Shown here piece by piece: positions 28,201-32,634 of a stretch of DNA of 32,634 nt. Made by a program: the position numbers and the translations under genes. Position 1 is the stretch's first letter. Each line of letters opens with the position of its first letter. The notes beneath the pieces are model-generated. The model did no database searches and had not been told where the DNA came from. It saw only the letters and a program-made list of their open reading frames with translations. The stretch is from an uncultured delta proteobacterium. Lineage in GTDB: Bacteria > Desulfobacterota > Desulfomonilia > UBA1062. Where the stretch lies: NCBI GenBank assembly GCA_963798485.1, contig CAWCTR010000019.1, forward strand, positions 1-32,634, written 5' to 3'.

Positions 28201-28441
28201 CGAGATACGCCTCCGGCCTATCCTCCTGACAGCCCTGGCGGTCATCTTAGGCGAGGTGGTGCTGTATTTCGACCCGATCCTTCGGGGCTTGGGCATAACC
28301 ATGCCTTCAGGGGCACTCATATCGACCCTGCTGACCCTCGGGATTGTCCCCCTGGCCTTTTATCAGCTCGCAACATACCTGCGCTCACAGGGCCATGACC
28401 TCGTGGATAAACAGGAGAAGGAGGGGTATGATCATGGATAA
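25199..28441 (+). CDS. RND efflux permease (AcrB/CusA superfamily)
   Basis: 1080 aa with two hydrophobic TM blocks; IGLLVDDSIVVIE, GIVIRNSILLVDF and RLRPILLTA motifs; overlaps the MFP stop. Confidence 0.93.
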   Translation: MRGVDHIMGLTGRFTEYFIQSKLTPLIMIMTVVMGVLAIWSTPKEDEPSITLTVADVLLTYPGRGAQDIDERLARPVGSWIREIPTVKHVVSSAGEHSVLFTVEFREGVPREKALTQLYDRLYANMDQLPPGVSAPLVKPRGIAEVPSMAVSLWSDTEGPQILRKIASEMAAELRRIPNVSRVDIIGGQSRSFLVELDARRMAERGIAADRVVQAVQAANLRLPAGSISGHEGVLNIEAGAFLQSAADTGLLIVGANAAGPIYLRDVANVRDGVADASDYVSRMGRDTGWSAYPAVTLAVTKVDSSNVTVVTREARRALDKLAKDLLPATIRMSVTRDLGEKAEHTLSEVNKHMLITIVISILLIGFTLGWRAGIITAVALPVTIIFVPIIYNLTGFTLNRIALASIVFAIGLLVDDSIVVIEIIYRHWHSDNAKTAPLVVAYAVQEVGPPTILATLMVICALLPTAFVTGMAGQYLRVLPVGACLGMLFSLFVAFTVTPYLCLRIFPAGSTKGDRAGHDPGSGQKYNLISYYRRLLAWFMEKPKRMYAAYVLVVILFVAMVAMIQARIAIVRAMPYDNADEVSVMIDLPPATQLEDAYPVIMDAAQKLKTIPEVTACNVYVGTSAPVTFQGLARHYDFRKEPFHAEIQVQLLPNTKRSRRSHEIVPDIRPLIQPVLSGKDTVFVVAELPPGVPTLAPLVAEVYGPDDETRLTLAHRVMSIFRTMPGVVDVDWTARHGTERLRYEVDLQKASVQGVVAAQAASTVRTLFAGDSSSWANLPHEREPVPIIVRLARAGRSSIADIRSLSFTPVTGGPPVPATEIGSMKRVAGPYPILRKDLEPVVMVTGVVTGDGPNYSATDITKLLKKETVGGKPIQVIWSDEKSQTGSYAVSWAGEWSIQRDLFSDLGVSFLVVLFLIYCILVAWYRSFLIPVIIMLPIPLVIIGVIPAHIALNKPLDGPGTMGIIALAGIVIRNSILLVDFARSRIASGMPIKEAVLKACEIRLRPILLTALAVILGEVVLYFDPILRGLGITMPSGALISTLLTLGIVPLAFYQLATYLRSQGHDLVDKQEKEGYDHG

Positions 28442-28467
28442 AGACCTGGAGAATTTCCGGTGATGCC

Positions 28468-29178
28468 GTGAGGGAGTATGGGCAAATGAAAATTAAATTT
28501 GAGTACTTCTTATACCATTCAGCCCTGCCTTATGTGGGACTTTTTCTCGTTAAGATCCTCTCTTCGACCTACAGGCTCAGGATCGTTGATCCACAGAATG
28601 AAAAGGACAGTATTGAAAAGGACGGCAGCATCATTTATGCATCCTGGCACCAGAGGTTTTTCCCCGGAATAACGTTCTTTGCCACGCGCAGACCCATTGC
28701 AATCCTCATCAGCCAGAGCCGTGACGGCGAATTTGCCTCACACATCGTCAATATCCTCGGATGGCAAGCGGTGAGGGGTTCCTCTTCAAAAGGAGGCAGC
28801 GTTGGCCTGCAGCAGCTCAAGGAACTTGCAATGAAAGGGTACAAGATCGGCCACATCGTCGATGGGCCAAAAGGACCTTTCGGTGAGGTGAAACCAGGCC
28901 TGCTCAGAATCGCTCAGGTCTCCGGCATGGCCATTGTTCCTACGATCACCTCTTCACAGAGGAAATGGACTTTCAGGAGCTGGGACAGATTCATGGTCCC
29001 CAAGCCATTTTCCCGGGTTCTCATTCGGTTCGGTGAGCCTGTTTACATCCCGACGGATCTTGATGAAGACGAGTTTGAGAAAAAAAGGCTACTTATCGGG
29101 CAGAGGATGAAAGGACTCTACGAGGATACCGATCTCATCTGGGCTGACAGGGCGGGAGTTGAGAAAATATTTCAGTGA
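28468..29178 (+). CDS. DUF374 / lysophospholipid acyltransferase-like protein (start may be 28486)
   Basis: IYASWHQR, ISQSRDGE, VRGSSSKGG, VDGPKGP and SWDRFMVPKPFSR motifs. Confidence 0.88.
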   Translation: MREYGQMKIKFEYFLYHSALPYVGLFLVKILSSTYRLRIVDPQNEKDSIEKDGSIIYASWHQRFFPGITFFATRRPIAILISQSRDGEFASHIVNILGWQAVRGSSSKGGSVGLQQLKELAMKGYKIGHIVDGPKGPFGEVKPGLLRIAQVSGMAIVPTITSSQRKWTFRSWDRFMVPKPFSRVLIRFGEPVYIPTDLDEDEFEKKRLLIGQRMKGLYEDTDLIWADRAGVEKIFQ

Positions 29179-29280
29179 TAGGGAAAGTCAGTAATCATGA
29201 ACGGGGGAATACGCCCATGAGCTTCCTTTCCTCGGTCCTCGATCCTGGAGCAAAAATACTCCATCTATCTGTGCATTGCA

Positions 29281-31107
29281 TCAATCCCTGACAATAAGCA
29301 TAACACAGTTTCGGCAGTCAAAAACAAGGCGGAAGCGCCGGAGCGCGTTCTCAATATACAGGGGTTCTGCAAGAGAAACCCGGTTCTTCTTTTGGGTGCA
29401 GGCATTCAGACATCTGCGCAGGCAGTGCCTTGTCCTCATGACCACAGTCCCCTTAAGGGGTGGCTGCAGCTCAAAGGCCGGTTCAATGGCAGTCACGCCG
29501 TGTTTTTCATAGAACCTTCGGGTTGCATGGTTGCTGACGTTATAGCTGTAGTCCAGCTCGAAAACAGGGTAGGGGTCGAAGCTGCCCGGAACTGATCGGG
29601 ACGTTATGCGCATGTATGTCTGCTCACGATTGTTTTCCAGTTGAAAGACAAGGTCCCGGCGCAGCTGGTTGAGCTCTGATGCACGGAGGAAATAGGGCCT
29701 GGTTTTCAGGTTCAGGGACGCGAGAGAGAACATGCTGTCGTTCAGCTTGGAGAGCTGCTTTTTCATGGTCATGACAGCGGCCTCGGGTTTCTCAGCAGGG
29801 TTCTTGTCAGTAAGGAGAGTAACCTTGCCATGGATTCCGTCTTCATCAATGCCCTCAAGCACGAAGCCGTCGGGGATTTCCCGAAAGGTCATGGTGAGGG
29901 CGAGCCTCCGTACTGAGGCCTTGGAATCCAAGAGTTTGAGAAACTGATGGTCCCGATTGCGGAATATCGTCATACCCGGCTTAAGCCCGCCTGTTGACAG
30001 GTGCACCTGTGTGCGCCGGTCAATCACCTTGATTACCTGCAGGCCCTGGAGCTCTCTCTTCTCATCAAAAAAGCACAGGCCGTCTCCGGCATTGATCTCT
30101 AAAGAGCCTTTTGCGAGTTCGAACCAGTCAGTTCCGCATTTCATGACCGTGCCGATTTCTTCGCCCATGGACTTGGGCGTATCGGGCGACCAGATATCAT
30201 CCGCCTGGCCGTTCATAAAATAGGTGGTGGCGCCCCGGCAGAAGGTCTTGGAAGGGTCGGGGGTAAAGGGTATTTCAGTACGGCCGCTGGAGGCTTGCTT
30301 GAGATCGGGCCGGTTCTCGATTATTTTATCCAGCAGGGTGCGGTAAAAGGCCGTGACATTTCTCACATAGCTTGTGTCCTTGAGCCTGCCCTCGATCTTG
30401 AAGGCAGTGACGCCGGATTCAATCAGGTCAACCAGGCACGAGGAGCGGTTCATGTCCTTGAGGCTTAATAGATAGCGGTTGTGTTCAAGCACATGGCCGT
30501 CGGCATCAATAAGGGTCCAGGGCAGCCGGCAGGGCTGGCCGCAGGCCCCGCGGTTAGCGCTACGGCCGCCAAGGGAGGCGCTCAGATAGCAACGGCCGCT
30601 GTAGCCCACGCACAACGCACCATGCACAAAGGCCTCTAGTTCTATTGTTATGCTGCTCCGGATCTCGCGGATCTGCGGCAGAGTAAGCTCACGGGCCAGT
30701 ATGACGCGCCTGAACCCCACCTGTTCCAGAAACCGGATATGGGCAACATCCGCATTGTGCATCTGGGTGCTGGCAATAAGGGAAAGCGGAGGCAGATCAA
30801 GCTCTAAAAGGCCCATATCCTGGATGATCAGGGCATCCACCCCTGCATCCCAGGCTTGGCGGGCAATCATCCGGGCAGAGTCCAGCTCGTCATCAAAGAG
30901 GATGGTGTTCAGTGTCAGGTACACCTTTGCCCGGAAGCGGTGGGCATAGCGGGCAAGCCCTTCGATGTCCATTATGGAATTTCCGGCAGCAGCCCGTGCG
31001 CCAAAGGACGGCCCACCGATGTAGACCGCATCGGCGCCGTTATCAATGGCTGCCTTGCCGCATTCAAGGTCTTTTGCAGGCGACAGAAGTTCTATGGGCG
31101 TCATCAC
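29281..31107 (-). CDS. U32-family protein with C-terminal DUF3656-like region, RlhA-like RNA hydroxylase
   Basis: ELLSPA, GADAVYIG...FGAR, STQM, LARE, EAFVHGALCVGYSGRC...SANRGACGQPCR and KIEGRLK motifs; 608 aa. Confidence 0.88.
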   Translation of the reverse strand: MMTPIELLSPAKDLECGKAAIDNGADAVYIGGPSFGARAAAGNSIMDIEGLARYAHRFRAKVYLTLNTILFDDELDSARMIARQAWDAGVDALIIQDMGLLELDLPPLSLIASTQMHNADVAHIRFLEQVGFRRVILARELTLPQIREIRSSITIELEAFVHGALCVGYSGRCYLSASLGGRSANRGACGQPCRLPWTLIDADGHVLEHNRYLLSLKDMNRSSCLVDLIESGVTAFKIEGRLKDTSYVRNVTAFYRTLLDKIIENRPDLKQASSGRTEIPFTPDPSKTFCRGATTYFMNGQADDIWSPDTPKSMGEEIGTVMKCGTDWFELAKGSLEINAGDGLCFFDEKRELQGLQVIKVIDRRTQVHLSTGGLKPGMTIFRNRDHQFLKLLDSKASVRRLALTMTFREIPDGFVLEGIDEDGIHGKVTLLTDKNPAEKPEAAVMTMKKQLSKLNDSMFSLASLNLKTRPYFLRASELNQLRRDLVFQLENNREQTYMRITSRSVPGSFDPYPVFELDYSYNVSNHATRRFYEKHGVTAIEPAFELQPPLKGTVVMRTRHCLRRCLNACTQKKNRVSLAEPLYIENALRRFRLVFDCRNCVMLIVRD

Positions 31108-31285
31108 CGGTCCTCTAGTACAAGCCCGGGGGGGATGACAATACCTAATCGGCGTGCATGATCAGGAAAAGGTACATGCTTGTTCGCAAATTGAAATTAC
31201 CAGGCCTTTCCGGATACCTTTTCTATTAATTTTTCCAAGGGGACATTATCAAAGGGTCAAGACAGATGAATATGTATGATGAGAC

Positions 31286-31314
31286 TTGACTGGTGTAACC
31301 CGTAACGTTATAGG
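31286..31314 (+). promoter_or_regulatory. higBA sigma70 promoter with overlapping operator palindrome
   Basis: TTGACT-17 bp-TATAGG; TGTAAC-N7-GTTATA at 31294-31312; ATG 7 nt after the -10 element. Confidence 0.7.
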
Positions 31315-31320
31315 TATTAA

Positions 31321-31917
31321 ATGATCGTTCGCTTCCGTCATAAGGGCTTAGAGAAGCTGTTCACGAAAGGGGACACAAGCGGGATATCAGCACAGCATGT
31401 GCGGAAACTTCAGCAGGTTCTCGCCTTTCTGAACGTCAGCCGGGAACCAGCCGACATGAATCTGCCAGGGTTTCGGCTACATCCCTTGAAGGGCGAGCGC
31501 AAAGGGCAGTGGGCGGTGTCCGTAACGGGTAATTTGCGGATCGTGTTTGAGTTCGAGGCCGATAACGCCACAAACGTCGATCTTCTTGATTACCACTGGC
31601 CGCTTGAAAGGAAGGAGCTCATGAAGATGCACAACCCGCCGCACCCTGGTGAAATTATCCTCGATCAGTGCCTTGAGCCGCTTGGTCTGACGATCACGGC
31701 GGCGGCAAAGGGGCTCGGCGTCACGCGTAAGGCATTGTCCGAGTTGGTGAACGGACATAGCGGCGTGTCGCCGGAAATGGCGATTCGTCTGTCCAAGGCC
31801 TTCGGGAGTAGTCCCGAGACCTGGCTGCAGCTGCAATTGCACTATGATCTCTGGCACGCCGAGCAGCGCGCCGGCAACATCAAGGTGACGCGTTTTCCAG
31901 AGCGTGCACCAGCGTAG
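31321..31917 (+). CDS. higB: HigB (RelE/ParE-family) toxin reading through in frame into HigA
   Basis: [18 protein letters not shown]...WAVSV.GN.RI.FEF and the usual terminal DYH, followed by TGG (31597-31599) instead of a stop. Confidence 0.85.
   Translation: MIVRFRHKGLEKLFTKGDTSGISAQHVRKLQQVLAFLNVSREPADMNLPGFRLHPLKGERKGQWAVSVTGNLRIVFEFEADNATNVDLLDYHWPLERKELMKMHNPPHPGEIILDQCLEPLGLTITAAAKGLGVTRKALSELVNGHSGVSPEMAIRLSKAFGSSPETWLQLQLHYDLWHAEQRAGNIKVTRFPERAPA
31621..31917 (+). CDS. higA: HigA antitoxin (XRE HTH)
   Basis: Own AAGGAG RBS; [23 protein letters not shown]...[24 protein letters not shown] motifs. Confidence 0.92.
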   Translation: MKMHNPPHPGEIILDQCLEPLGLTITAAAKGLGVTRKALSELVNGHSGVSPEMAIRLSKAFGSSPETWLQLQLHYDLWHAEQRAGNIKVTRFPERAPA

Positions 31918-31929
31918 AGTATGCAATCG

Positions 31930-32160
31930 TAATCGTACCGGGTGAATCGTACCGGGGTCGGACCGAGTTAAGTAATTGTAATGATGGTGAAAGTGGTTAT
32001 AAAATAGGCCATATTTAAGCTTAGAATCCGATTTTTGACCTAAAAAAATATATTTTTAAGCTTTTGGTGGATTTTTTCCAAGAACCAGTTCGAGCTTTTC
32101 ACGAAGGGCGCGTCCCAAGCCGTCTGCCGATGGCTTCATAGCGTCGTAAATCGTGCACAT
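31930..32160 (-). mobile_element. Possible decayed Y1/REP-associated tyrosine transposase remnant
   Basis: With two frameshifts, the minus strand at ~32070-32150 reads DLRRYEAIGRRLG-DAPFV-KLELVLGK, similar to the C-termini of such transposases. AATCGTACCGGG occurs twice at ~31930-31955. Confidence 0.3.
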
Positions 32161-32189
32161 TTTTTCATAAAGCGGACATACCATGGCGC

Positions 32190-32571
32190 TTAAACCAACC
32201 ATGCAGTCGGCTCAATGCTGAAAAATGTTTCCAGTGGGATTCCCTGAGCTCCTACGAGGAGTACACGCGCTTCAGGATAGCGGCTGCGAAAACGGGCCAG
32301 GCCCGAGGCCTTGCCCCTGCGGCCGCTTTTAACCTCGATGGCCCAGTCATCTTGCCCCCGTGAGACCACGAAATCAACCTCGTGTGCGCCCTCGCGCCAG
32401 TAGGTAAGGCTGTATTCCACGGAATTCAGGATATTGCACAGGTGCGCACCCAAGGCATTCTCCACCAGACGCCCCACCAGATTGTATCAGCGTACGACCG
32501 CAACGGTCCGTGTGGAAAGGGCATTCACCAGGGCATTGTTCCAGAGAATCAATTTCGCGCTGCTGCCGCGC
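32190..32571 (-). pseudogene. C-terminal fragment of an AAA+/DUF4143 ATPase-nuclease gene
   Basis: RGSSAKLILWNNAL...(in-frame TGA)...GRLVENALGAHL, YWRE...EVDFV and AIEVKSG. The N-terminal part is missing, and similarity stops at a REP. Confidence 0.75.
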
Positions 32572-32610
32572 ATGTGTTGGGTTTCGTTCCTCAACCCAAC
32601 CTACTGACTG
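32572..32610 (-). repeat. REP copy, exact 39-bp inverted match to 11535-11573
   Basis: ATGTGTTGGGTTTCGTTCCTCAACCCAACCTACTGACTG is the reverse complement of 11535-11573. Confidence 0.9.
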
Positions 32611-32634
32611 CGTCCCTACGAGGAACACACGCGC

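Noticed and set aside
1-32634. tRNA/rRNA genes, including tRNA-Sec
   Set aside because: No cloverleaf or rRNA-like segment was recognised in the intergenic regions by eye. A tRNAscan/Infernal run would be needed to exclude them formally.

Overview
This looks like anaerobic bacterial DNA, with gene content typical of Deltaproteobacteria/Desulfobacterota (an inference). The left end has an integron integrase with a probable attI at the window edge, GTAG-type REP hairpins and a small Cys-rich ORF. A minus-strand C1-metabolism region follows, in two parts. The first is a sigma54-driven operon: AsrB/HydG-like flavoprotein, selenocysteine formate dehydrogenase (in-frame UGA plus SECIS), AsrA/HydB-like Fe-S protein and a receiver protein. 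Next to it are a Cache sensor kinase, an NtrC-type activator, a second receiver and a hybrid kinase. Both sigma54 promoters in this part carry the same tandem GGGG-N7-CCCC boxes. The second part is a CODH/ACS cluster: cooC, core (MesB-like) methionine synthase, cooC, cooS, a single-polypeptide AcsB-AcsD fusion and acsC, with no acsE in the cluster. A BrnT/antitoxin module ending in a decayed attC-like hairpin separates the two parts. The right side has a GAF-sigma54 activator with a divergent RND efflux operon, a DUF374 acyltransferase, a U32/RlhA-like protein, a HigB-HigA readthrough fusion and decayed mobile/ATPase remnants beside a REP that is identical over 39 bp to one 21 kb away. Three single-base indels at 19.07-20.23 kb may be assembly errors or pseudogenisation. 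All family assignments come from motif recognition by eye, not database searches.
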